Source: Asterias rubens (Eukaryota). Taken from it: a DNA stretch of 64,000 bases. Below, piece after piece: positions 35,405 to 48,176 of this stretch. Below the pieces are notes generated by a model that was given only the letters and a program-made list of their open reading frames with translations, had not been told where the DNA came from and searched no databases. The stretch's first letter is position 1. The number at the start of each line of letters is the position of its first letter. A program made the translations under genes and the position numbers. The stretch spans positions 6,696,001-6,760,000 of the forward strand of contig NC_047077.1 of NCBI RefSeq assembly GCF_902459465.1. Direction: 5' to 3'.

Positions 35405-38314
35405 ATTCACTCCCAAGTGGTTCGACTGGCTGGCTAATTGGGTGTTGAAAAAATCCCTTTTTTTAAATGTGAATTTTTAAGTAAAAAACCTGGCAGACTA
35501 GTGCATGCCTGATTTATCACAGAGGCAACAGAAGCGATTGCGTCCATACCCCCTGGTCATTGCCTTGTTGCCCTTGAAATGCCCAGGAGCTGTAGACATT
35601 TATAACTTCCCCCATTGGGTGCCCTTTACCAAGTTGAAAATGCGTTGGTGCTCTTGCCCTTTCACAAATGGACTTTAAGCATACAGGACTGCTAGTGAAA
35701 TCAGCAAACTACCTGTACACTGAAAAAGGGACAATAACGCAATTTCTCTCTTGAAGCAGTTCTTAAGAGTAGCACAGTTCTGTTAAGAGTACCCATAAAG
35801 ACAAATGTGATATCTTCTTTTCTAACAATAACATGTTTTAGTTCCTGTTCATATAAAAACAGTTGAATGCATGCTAAACTTTGTCAGGAATTTTGTTCTC
35901 ATTTTGAATCTGGCCCTGTGGATGTTTCCCACATGCTCTGCCAAACATGTAGCATGCCACCTGAAAATCACCATAGTTGATTTGGCATCACCATTTTGTT
36001 AATAAGGCTTCATATATTGTAGTCTGTCCCACCGTCTCTTTGCTAGACCCTTCCGATCGTCTTGACAGCTCCTCCGGCAAAAGTAATTTCGTCAGATATT
36101 TGAGGTCGCTCTGTCGCGTCACATATCAAACTTGACAGGGGAAAATTGCAGCCATTCCTTGCATTTCCTGAACAAGCCCTACAGGACATTGGGTTAGTTG
36201 TCTTTGGAACATTGGCCCTCCAGTCTATGTTTTGGGTGGCTGTTTTTTTTTCATTTAAGTTGTTCAAGCAAGGAGAAGCCCTGTCATAAAATAAAAAACT
36301 ATATTAAATTTCGGTCAGGAGGGAAACAAGTCATGTGTTTTCCCTAGAGGTATGGAGCGTGGCAATCGTTTGTTTTTAAAGGTACAATGGTTTTGATAGG
36401 ATTTCTGATTGGAAAGTTTCATGTGGTGTGTCATGGCCGAGCGGTTGATTCGTGGAGGGCAGGTTCTACATATTATCTGCATCAGACTCAAGATCTGATG
36501 GTTCAGTCGTCAGAGTTTGGGTTTGAATACTGGTCATGACAAAGCATTTTCGTCCCAAGTTATCATTTTGTTTCAATGTTACTGCATGCATAGTATTTCA
36601 TTTATCAAAAACAAAATTGATTCTAAAAATTTAAATTGCAAGATAAACAAATTGCTTTAGTAGGTATTTTCGTTTTTTTCAAAGAATTTTGTGAAGATGA
36701 TTTCACAGAAGAAAAAAAAATGTTTTTTTCTCAATACGGGCAGGACTTGCACATTCTAATAATCCCATTCAATCTAGAGCGTGAGTTTCGTTAATAAAGA
36801 AACTGTAACGCTTTGTGGCTTTCATCATAGGCAAGGAATTCAAGTGTAAATCATTGGGGAGCTAATATAAACAAACTTGGCCTAGAAGTAACCATGCTGT
36901 ACACAAAGATGTATTTTTTGCAACTAGACTGAGGCAAACAAAAAAGCAACACGCACTTTGTTGTTTGGATGTTGTTAAACACATAACTTTGAGCTGTTAT
37001 TGCACTTGTTTTCACATGGTGTTTTTTTTTGGTGGGGGGGGGGGGGGTTTGGGGGATTTAAAGCTGTAAGAAAAACGTTGAGATCTGGTTGGATAATGTG
37101 CAGTTTTCATGCGCAACTGTGAACACGCCACGGGATTCTTGTAATTTGTGAATATCAGGCATGCAACTTTTTAGCTGATTGGATGATCTCGCTCGTTTGT
37201 GATTTCCCAGCTACAGTATGCCATCAAAAATTACATGTTTTTTAGTACACTGTTTTAAAAGCGTCATCTTGTACCTGGCACTCTCCCTCTTTTTGACAAA
37301 CATGCAGTGCATACCTGAAATTGAAAATTTGTGCAGTACATTTTCATTCTGTCACTTTATTGATTGTAAAACTGCATCAGAAATGCTTTGAGATGATAGT
37401 TTTCCTTTATAATGGTTGGCATGTGTGCAAAGTAACCAGTCATAGTTTACCCTAGAGTCAACCCCCTTGTTGTATTGATACAATGGCCTGTTAATGCTGC
37501 AATATTCCCTCAGGCTGACTGTCACATTAGACATTGTTATGAGATCATTCATACAGATCAAGTAGTGTGCTAGTCACCATAATGAACTATACTACTACAA
37601 CTACAATGGGACATGCAGACATGTGTACTGTTCTTCTTTGCTTGCAAGGCATGTACCAAAATTGCTGCGCTAGCTGTGTAAGCGAAGAATGCCTAATACT
37701 ATAGTCAGGTGAAGTACTCACACGCCAAAAGCCCTGCTTACCTGTGAATACGATTGACATAAGTACGGAATTCACTGCTTCCATAACCACTGATTCTATA
37801 CCGAAAACATGATAGGCCTATACATTGTACATAGAGCCATGAAATTGGGCCAGGATGCTTCGGTTATTTTGGTGGAAAAAAAACCTCCAATAAGACTAAT
37901 AATAGTGGCTTCTTGTTTAGTGGTTAAATCAAAGAGACGCTCATAGTGCTCAAGTTTTACCCCTGGTCACTTGAGTTACATGTATGCAGCCTGTTCTCCC
38001 CTTTAATTAATGGACTTTTAAAATACATAAGGCATAATAATGAAATAAACATTGGAGTACACACAATGTACAAAGATTGTTGTCAGTGATGCCATCATAC
38101 ATGTCATATGCGCGGGTAAACAACAAAGAAATTATGCTGTATGCAGATTTGAAGCAGTACATGAATGGTAGTCGGCAGATGGTTGTACAATGGACACTGT
38201 TTATGGATGTTGCTTTTTATATAACACCCAAGCAGATCCTTGCCATTTGATTGGAGGATTGTCCGTCACATGATAGCAAATAAAAGTACCATTGCACGCT
38301 GAGTCACTCACCGT

Positions 38315-38391
38315 GCTTTTTCGTTCCATCCGAAAAGTACCATTGCACGCTGGCAGCGTGCAATGGTACTTTTCGGATGGAACGAAAAAGC
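38315..38391. repeat. Perfect palindrome, 38-bp arms with 1-nt spacer
   Basis: GCTTTTTCGTTCCATCCGAAAAGTACCATTGCACGCTG-G-reverse complement. Confidence 0.95.
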
Positions 38392-38600
38392 TGAGTAAAA
38401 ACATCACTGCGTGCGCGTGTCTTTGGTAACGCAGCAGGTGTTACTGCAAGAAGGCATAGTAAAATTACTAGCATTCGGCTTCTACAGTTGAAACTGTTTG
38501 TTTTGAAAGTTGTATCTTTCAATCAAAATGACAAAGATCTACTTGGATGTTATATAAAACAAATAATGAATGTTTTTCATTCGTGCAATGGTGCGAATAT

Positions 38601-38930
38601 CGTCGTGTGCCCGGCAAAAGGACGTAAGGGAAAGTTCCCGGCAGAAGGACGTAAGCAATTTATGTTAAAATTTGTGTTTCAAGAATTATGAGCGGGAAAG
38701 TTTGGTAAATTTGTTGCCATGCAAAAGTCATTCTAGAAAGGTTAAATTCTGCATGGGGAATGGGGAAACATGTCTTCAGGGTAATTCTAGCAAAAGAACA
38801 AACAAAAATGACATATTTTTCATGTCAGGAGCCATTTTGTTGCTTACGTCCTTTTGTTACTGGGTCGAACTACTTTATGTTCCCGGCAAAAGGGCGTAAG
38901 GCCTTACGCCCTTTTGCCGGGCACACGACG
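38601..38930. mobile_element. MITE with CGTCGTGTGCCCGGCAAAAG TIR nested in another repeat
   Basis: ATAT (or TA) duplicated at both ends. The host repeat (38220-39070) has an uninterrupted homolog at 51960-52415. Confidence 0.75.
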
Positions 38931-40391
38931 ATATGTTCATTCGTTGAAAGCTGGAATGTTCCATTCAACTCGGCTCCGCCTCGTTGAATAGAACATTCCA
39001 TCTTTCAACTCATGAACATATTCGCACCATTGCACTCATAAACATTCATTATGTGTATAATAATCAATGCAGGATGGGGTATTGTTTACTTCAACCCATG
39101 GGCAGTATCTTATCTGGTACATTCCTACCATTCAACATGAATCATAATGCTAGAGGCATCTACTTGATCTGGTGCTTCATCTCACCATAGAGAGAGGTCT
39201 CACACTCATCTGGACTGGAGTGTCTTCACTCCTTATTGATTCCATGTCATGAGTCTGTCTTATGTTAATTATAGAAAGTACATTGAATGTCTTATGAAAT
39301 GTCTGTCTTATGAAATGGAAGGGATTTACTTTGAAATGGAAGTGGTTGATAGGACTTGGAGTAGGGGCCTAAATGTAGTGTGCATGTAGATGTAAGTGGA
39401 GTTAAGAAACCACCCTGATCAATGCAGAGACCATTAGCTGACCTTAAGGGGGTCACATGCAAGTACTCAATGTTATCATCACAGCTACACACCCACAACT
39501 CTTAAGAATGGGTTAGTTGTTAAAAGTAGATGGATGGGTTTCGGAGATGAGGGGTGAAGCTGAGTGTTTAGATTGCATGGATTAGGAAGGATTGTGATTG
39601 GATATTCATGTAAATGGACCTCCAGGAATCCCCTCTCTGCTAAATGGTCCCACCCAAAGGAGTTTGGTCTAGAAAGGATATCAGAAGTTTAAAAAAAATA
39701 ATCTATCCTTTTGTTTATTGTTGCAATTTTGAGATATCGCCGAAAGTCCGGAAAGATTATGTCCGTGTACATGTAGGAAAGATGATCCATTATTGGAATA
39801 CAGAATTTGAGCTAAGCATTACTGTCAGTAACACTTCTCACAGTTTGGGGGATAAAAACTTATTGTTCATGGCTCCAAAGTGACAATGATTCTCAAAATG
39901 TTGTATACAATTTTATGAGTAAGTTTGTATTGCAATTAATTTTAAATACCAAACGAAAAAACTTTCCTTGAAGATGAATCTCAGCTTTTTGTGAAATTGA
40001 GCCACATGTATACATGTACCATCAGTCTAGACGTTCTGGTGGTGAGTCACTGATAGAGTGAAGGATTTTGGAGGATTCATGACTATAGGCAAAAATAACA
40101 TTTGCAAGAGCCATTAAAACCACAAGGATAGCTGTGTCTTTTAGGATGAGACTTCAGTTTAGGCTGTAAGAACTAATCAATTGGAAGAGATGGCGCCACT
40201 CCATTTGCAGTAATTTATGAGAGAGCTTTGTCATTCAAGGAAAAAGTCCATCATTCAGTGCTACATGCATGTTGTTTGTTCAACAGTGCTGTAATTAACA
40301 GAGTGTACCAATTATAGACACTTGTAATAGCCAGTGTGGATAATTGACAAATGTCAGTGACATCAATAGTACTGTATACGTTTGTTCACCT

Positions 40392-40907
40392 GTATGTACT
40401 GTACTTATAATAGTCTCATAAACTGTTGAAGTGTTCAATTAACGGCCAGTGGGATCTTGACGTCTTTCATGTCTTTGGGACTCTTACTTTTAAAAGCATT
40501 TGCACCCTGTACTTTATCTGTCATTCACTGAACTGTAAGTATTTTGTAAATGAGTAACAAGCGTAGTACGTTTTCGGTTTTTAAAACTTGTCGCTCTTGC
40601 AGAGAGAGAAATGTATAGTTGCTTGTTTCACACTACACTTTATTAATCCAGAAAATCTCTGTGTTAAGAAAAAATTTAACACGGAAGATTCGCCGAATCA
40701 AGTGAAGCTAAAAATTCACAGGATTGTACTGTACTTATAGTGTCAATGTACAGTTACATAACTGTTAAAGTGTTCAATTAACGGCCAGTAGGATCTTGAG
40801 GTCTTTGGGACTCGCACTTTTAAGTGTTTGTACCCTTGTACTTTATCTGTCATTCGCTGAACTGTACATACAGTATAAGTTTTGTAAATAAGTAATAAAC
40901 GCAGTAC
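40392..40907. repeat. Diverged direct duplication of about 180 bp
   Basis: AAGTGTTCAATTAACGGCCAGT.GGATCTTGA...GTACTTTATCTGTCATTC.CTGAACTGTA occurs twice, about 340 bp apart. Confidence 0.8.
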
Positions 40908-41002
40908 CCAATAATTTTTTTGTAATTCTCTCTCTCTAGTCGACCGAGGTACAGCGTAGATATCATGTTGTGATTTGCCCATTCTTGTCTATCTCTCATT
41001 AA

Positions 41003-41367
41003 AGGCACTGGACACTATTGGTAATTACTCAAAATAATTGTTAGCATAAAAATTGGTAACAATCAATGGATAGCTGTTGATAGTGTAAAACCTTGCGAGA
41101 ATCGGCTCCCTCTGAAGTGTCATAATTATTTAGAAAGAGGTAATTTCTCACTCAAGTAATAGAATACTTTAGGCCTGAAGCCTTGGCATCTGAAAGCACA
41201 CATGTGCAACAAGGGTGTTTTTTCTTTCATTATTCTCTTGCAAACTTTGAAGAGCAATTGGGTCCAAATTTTCACAGATTAGTTAAATTATACGTTGGGA
41301 CACACCATTGCCTTATGGAAACCCCAAATGAGAATACTGGTCTTTGACAATTACCAAAGGTGTGCCT
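41003..41367. mobile_element. Kolobok-like MITE, family A variant
   Basis: TTAA|AGGCACTGGACACTATTGGTAAT...GTGCCT|TTAA. A partial copy of this variant lies at about 16468-16650. Confidence 0.75.
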
Positions 41368-44300
41368 TTAATGTAATACATCTTTCTGGCACATTCTTAT
41401 TCTGTCCATGATAAAAATCTATAATTGGTGAAGATGTTGAAGTGTTGTGGAGAGGGCGGTTTATAATTTGTCCAGTTACAAAAAAAAATAAAAAAATTTT
41501 CAATGATATTTTATGCCTGCCTAATCATATGTATCTGTCTTCTGTCATATTGAATCTGGACATATGTCAATCGTATCGCTAATGGTCGGTAACAAAACCC
41601 TCCCGACCCCTGCATTAACCTTTTGAACTCCACCTTTATCTTGTGGGGATACAAACCACTTCCTTCCTTTTGGGTTATTTTAAAGGCAGTTGAACAGATG
41701 TGGTCATAAGATGGGATGATCGAATACAGTAAGTGAAGACTGTTTTTCTACTGTAAAGATTACTTGCTATTACAGATACATGGACAAATGGATTACTTTA
41801 TTGTTTAAGAAAAAAAACGTTTAAAAAACAGTATAATTTGTTTTACTCTTACACTGATGTGTATTTAGCAAAGTACATTGTGTACTTTCCTGAGTTCCTT
41901 AAACAAGTTTCAGCCAAATCACTTGATCGGATTCAAACCCACAACCTTTGCATTGCTAGAACAGATGTCTTACCACTAGACCTCCAAGTTAGCCCGGTGG
42001 CTACAGGCAGTTCAAGTCCAATATGTTAGCAGTGGGTACTCAATGATTGAATGAATGTTTTATTTACATCATGGATCAATATATTAAGTTGTTTTTACCC
42101 TTTACACCAATTAAAGCACTGTATACTCTGTACTTTCCCTAATTCTGTGAAAAAAAAATCCATGGTCAAATCAGTTGGGTGGGTTTCCTTCTTGGATGGT
42201 CAAACCATTGGGTTGTGAAAGGTCCTTGTTTCTCCCTACTCAGATGAACCATGAACAGTCTCTCTAGATGCCAGACAAATTAAGAATGATACTAAAATTT
42301 ATATTGCGCCGCATAACAATGATCTTTTCAAATGAACAGAATGGGAGCAAAAGATTTAAGAAACAAGACTGGTCACCAGGCCAGTGCCCACCCCACAGTA
42401 TAGGGATATGTCTGTCCTGCTGTTAGTAACAGCGAACTAAAAGTTACTTTCTACATGTAAGCAAGCCTAACCTTGCTGGGATCGGTAATGCTTTGATCTT
42501 TTCAGGAGTCAGACACCTCTAGCCCTACCTTTGTAAAGAATCTAAACTAACTGGCAAGACCACCATAGAAGGAAAACAAACAACAGACAAACAGGCACAA
42601 AAACCAAGCCCAGTGCCTCAATGCCCTGTAGGATGATGTCAGATATAGAGTGATGAGGTACATGTAGATTGCAGTGAAGTTTGGCAGGTGTCTATGACTT
42701 AGGGTGTTGACTGTGGACAACACACCTATTGACAAATTGCTACTATCGGACAAGGCCACTGGATTACCCAAAGAAGCCAGACTTGAGGCATGTAATCAGA
42801 CATGATATTCTTCCAGTCTGATTTTTTGTCAGGCCTCAAAAATAAACCCAGGGCATCCTCATCAATTAACCTTTTTGAGATATGGCGGACACAATGCTAC
42901 AACACTAAAAGGATTGGGTAAATTTGTGCGTTATGACCATAGAAATATTCAGTGTTATTCAGTGAAGTGCACATTTTTGGCGACGCGGGAGTTTACACGT
43001 AAACCTAATGACCACCAACATGGTGAGTGTGGCATAAGTCGCGCCGCGTGTGGCGCGCGTATCACATCCGCCATACCTCAAATAGGCTTATTGCAGTAGT
43101 GCCATGTGCTTTTGCTGTGGTGCCCTCTGCAAGGTTCATTCTCCATAGAAGTGCCTCTCAAAACACCAGAAGGAAATTACTGTTTCCCTTCAATTCTAGA
43201 GCAAAGTTCAAGGCCTGTTTTGTCCCTCAAAAAATCGGCAAAATTGTTAATAAATTGCCTGAAAGTTGTGTAGAAGGTCGGCCCTTTGTACTTTATGAAA
43301 TTGTCCTTTACTAATACTTTTTCAGCGGGCCAAAGTACGTACATCATGCCTGCTTGTAATTTAATTTGCCAGTATTTTTTCCTGGTTTGAGGTTTGTTTT
43401 CCATGGAGGTACCATGTATGAACACATGTAGAATGTTTTTTCTTTTGGTTCCGCTTTGCTTTCAAAAATTCTACTACATGTACCAAGGAGGAAATGCACA
43501 GCCCATTTTATGTTCGAACTGTATGATTTAAATGGCTCTGCCAATACACAGTATGAGAATTAGTAAGATTTGACTGGTCTGAGACGATGCTACCTGGCTA
43601 TAGGCTTAACCGGTAATCTATCTGTTTTCTTCCTCCATGGTGTCAGGACCACACCATGGTGGTAACAAATAGCTTCTCACTCGCATAACAATATTCTAGC
43701 GCTTACATGTATTCCTGTGTTAAAATAAACTTTCATTCTTTGCTGCCTTGCAAATAAACATCCCCAACTTTCTACTGTTCTTATTTTTACTCTTCCTGGA
43801 CATCAAAATAGGTCTTGGCATTAACAGCGTTCTGTGGGAAATCCTGTGTGGGCAGATAGTAAAATCTTACGTGCGTGCGTATGGAGTGATGAGCATATGG
43901 ACATGATGTGTGTTATTTTTTCAATTGGCATGTGGTCCACATACATGACAGGAAATGGGATCTTGTGAAATCAATCCCTGGGAAATGATCATAGAGAGAG
44001 AGCGTCCTCATCTCGCATTGAGTAATCGGAGCTAGTTCTAGTTTTATAGGCAGTACATGTAGGCGGGACTAGTACAGTACTGTATGAATTGAAGACAAGA
44101 ATTATATCGCCTGTCACTGACAAGACTTATCATGGACGAGCCATCTTGTTTTTCTATTATTCGAGGTTATGGACTTTTATCCTGGGTCCAGTTTCATAGA
44201 GATGCTTATGCTTTGCAGTTTTTGGCTAAGTGAAAATTAGCAGGATACAGGTCACATTTTGTACATAAAAAACAAAATGGTTTTTAGCTGTAACTTATTC

Positions 44301-46037
44301 TGGTGAGCATAATTTTGTTGTGCTTAGCAACATTTTATGCTGAAGCAGCTCTAAGAAATTGGGCACTAATGTGACCATCTCCAATAAGAGCCAATGTTTG
44401 AAGTAATTTTTTAGATGTTTATCAACTCTTAAAATGGAAATTTAACTTTCAGTTGAGCTTGAAAAACGAACTTGAAACTTGTTAAACAAACCTTAAATTC
44501 AAAAAGGGAACTTGAAATTACTAAAAAAAAAACACTTGAAACTCTCTACTACTGTTTAGATAATAGTTTGTTCGTAACTCTAAAAATCAAGTCACACAGT
44601 GTGCTTGTGTAGCCCCTTTCACACTACACTTTCATCTGGAGCATCTCAGTGTTATAGAAAAATTGAACACAGATATTCGCCGAATTAAATGGACCGATCT
44701 CGCTACACTTTTCAGGGCTACAAGTTCTCTGGATTAACAAGCCCCAAATTGGCTTATTCCAGGTAAAATTCATGGAGCAATAAACTATCCAGTTTATTGC
44801 TCCATGGGTTAACCCACACACCTTAGTGTTACTGTACAGGATGGAATTGGGTCAACATTTTCTACAGGTGTTATTATAGTGTGAAAAGAATATCTTGGTC
44901 AGTTTTAAATCCATGTAGAAGACTTTTTACACTGGACGCCAATTTACCGAGGTACATGTAGTTTGAAAAGGGCCTACATATGTCATAAACAGTATTACGA
45001 TAATACCAAACAGGTTGGAAATGTCATTTATCATAGCTGTTATCTGACCTGGATAATGGCTATGACACAATAGGAAATGGTTTTAAGATGTGGACAGGGA
45101 AGGGTCTGGCATTCTTGTGTAAATTCAACCTTGCTTCAGGTTGCGACGAAAAATTGATGGCAAACACACATCCACGCAATACCCTTAACACCGATTGGAC
45201 TCCCCATAAACATACTCAAATCGAAAGTTAGTATTGTGTGTTGTACAATGTATTTATTTGTCCATGATATTTGTTTATATCCATAGATTCTCTGATACAA
45301 CCAGCGGGTCTGACTCTACCGGATGTTGGCAACTTGTGGGACACTTAATACTCAGACCTCCTTCCATTAATCATCATCAGGATTTTGGTTCCAGAGTTAA
45401 CGAGGCCTAGCAATGATTGAGCTCCTACTGGCCAGTCATCAACACAGAGAAATACCACAGCAGCCCTCCACGGATTGATGACAAATTGCAGCACTTTGAT
45501 ATTGGGCAGTTTCTTACTAGTCCACTTTTAGGACAAGTCTGTAAATCATTCTGGAGTCTTATCACTGCAGTATCACAAAAGGAGTTTGGTGTAGAAAAGC
45601 AATGCGGGAATGAAATTGACACTGATTATAATTACGTAGGACTAGCAGTTAGAGTGGTGGAAATTATGTGAAGTTTGCCTGTGAAGAAATTCATTTTATC
45701 AGTCGGAGCTAATAGGGTGGCTTTACTGTCGCATGAGTCATCATTTGTGCTGGATTAGGGTGGGCTATTAAGACATTATGGAGAGTGGATATTCATGGAG
45801 ATAAATGGACTCATTAAAATTGACTCTCTAAAGCTAAGGCCATTGAACGAGTGGTATTCGACCTCACTTGAATCTTAGTGAGAGGGGCTTTTATCAATGA
45901 CAGGTTTATGATTCGGTGAATCGTTTGTAATGTTTAGGATGGGTATGACTTGCTCATGTGAACACTCGGTTTGCGTTGATAGTTTGGGTTTGTACCGAGG
46001 AGGTGTTTTCATGACGAGAAACGTGAGGTAACCGGTG

Positions 46038-48176
46038 ATGGAGTACCAGCTAAGAAAGGGCCACAACGGAGGTGGCCATCACCCAACGCTGAGATACTCG
46101 TGCGATTTTGTACGTTGGATCAAACGCAATGGAATCCTGATGAGGTTGATCATGCTGATTGCAATCCTAACCATCAGCATCCCGCTCGTTACTCATTACT
46201 ATTTGAGTAACGCCGACGCGCCGGCCAGCGTCAGTCGACAAACCGTGCAGGTGTCCATGGAGAACGTCCACGCCATGAAACCTCAGGAGCTCAAGGTTCA
46301 CTTGGAGGAGTTACACCGAATCCGGACCTCGGTCCAGCACGAGTTGCGCGGTCTGGAGGAGAAACGCAAAGACATGCAGAATAAGATCGATCAACTCACG
46401 AATCTCATCACCACCAAGACTCAAGAAACTCGGAACTCTCAGGATAAACTAGACAAGGTGAACTTTGAGATCGAGCAGAAACGCAAGAACTACGAGGAGG
46501 TAATGCAGCGTGCTATGCTCTATATTGGAGCGCCCAAGCAGATCCTACCTCAGTTGGATGATAATGGTGACGTGGATCCACCGCAAGCAAGTTCAAAATG
46601 CCGACAACATAATTGCTTTGATTATTCGCGTTGTGCGCTCACATCACATTTTCCCGTTTACATATACGCCATGGAGGATGTCGTGCTTTCAAAGAGACCA
46701 GTGGATTATTTCATAAGGAGTAGCGTTGCGAATGTTATGACAACCAACCCTCATGTTACTTTCGATCCTAATATTGCTTGTGTATATCTTGTATTAATCG
46801 GTGACACCGAGGACCATTGGCAGGGCACCAACAGCCTTGAGTTGGAGGCTAGCCTCCGGAAGCTACCATTATGGAAGGGGGATGGCAGGAATCACGTTTT
46901 GTTGAATCTTGCGAGAAACGTTTCGATGAAAAATATACTTTATAGCATCAATACAGATCGTGCAATTGTGGTGCAGTCGAGTTTTGACAACTCTCAATTC
47001 CGTCCAGGGTTCGATATCGTTGCCTCGATGCTTTTAGGGAAAGAATCGGGATACGACTGGAAAGAGACCCCGTCCCACCTTCCCGCTAAGAGAAAAATTC
47101 TGATGTCTTTCGAGGGAGTTTTATCGCCATACACTAACAGACAATTTGACCACACCCATGTTGGGGTTGAGGACGTCGTCATGAGTCGACGCCTAAAAGA
47201 AGTCAATAGAACTAAAGCAAACTCAGTTAGTGACTTTATCACGGAAGAACTTCTGAAGTTGAAAGGCATACAAGGGGGGGAATTTTATATTGAGTTTAAT
47301 TGTCCGCCTCTAAACGCAGACCCATCGACAGTGGATCTATCGGAATGGTGGATTTGTAGAACCAAAGAAAGGCTTAGTATTTTAAAACAGTCAACGTTTG
47401 TGTTGATCATAGCACCGGATGATCATATTGTATCATCCACCATGATACAGAAGAGACTATTTGAAGCATTAAAGCATGGAGCGATTCCAGTTATCCTGGG
47501 AGAGCATGTTCATCTTCCCTTTAGCGAATTCATCATGTGGAACAAAGCTGCAATCATCCTACCGAAGGCCCGGGCTTCAGAGCTTCACTTTTACCTCAAG
47601 ACAATCCAAGATAACGATATCTTGCTGTTCCGACGCCAAGGTTGGTTCATCTGGACCACGTACTTGAGCTCCACCAGCGCCGTCATCAACACCATCCTAG
47701 CGACCCTAAGAACCAGGCTATCCATCCCAGCGAGTATCATCCGGGATGAGCAATCACCGAGCATCTTCCCAAGCGGCATCCCACCGAAGCAGAAACAAGT
47801 CCAGAGCATGATTCCGGAATCAGATGACTTCTTCCCACCTCCTGAACTCCCCTATCCCTCCCTCAAATACCTCCGCAATTTCACCTACAGCACCATCAAT
47901 CGCGATACGTCATGGAACAACGTCCCTGGTCCTTTCAACCTCTTTCCCAACACCCCGTTTGATCCCCTTCTCCCCTCAGACGCCAAGTTCATCGGGTCGG
48001 GGCTTGGGTTCCGACCGATTGGGAAAGGCTCTGGAGGCACTGGGAGGGAGTTTCAAGAAGCTCTCGGAGGTAACGTTCCTGGAGAGCAGTTTACGATCAT
48101 CATGTTGACTTATGAGAGAGAAGTTCTACTCATGACTTCATTGGAGAGATTGATGGGGTTGCCGTATCTTAACAAG
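46038..48176 (+). CDS. EXTL3: EXTL3 large first coding exon
   Basis: 713 codons from ATG at 46038 to AACAAG|gtaaga. The ORF track reads 29 codons further into the intron. Confidence 0.96.
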
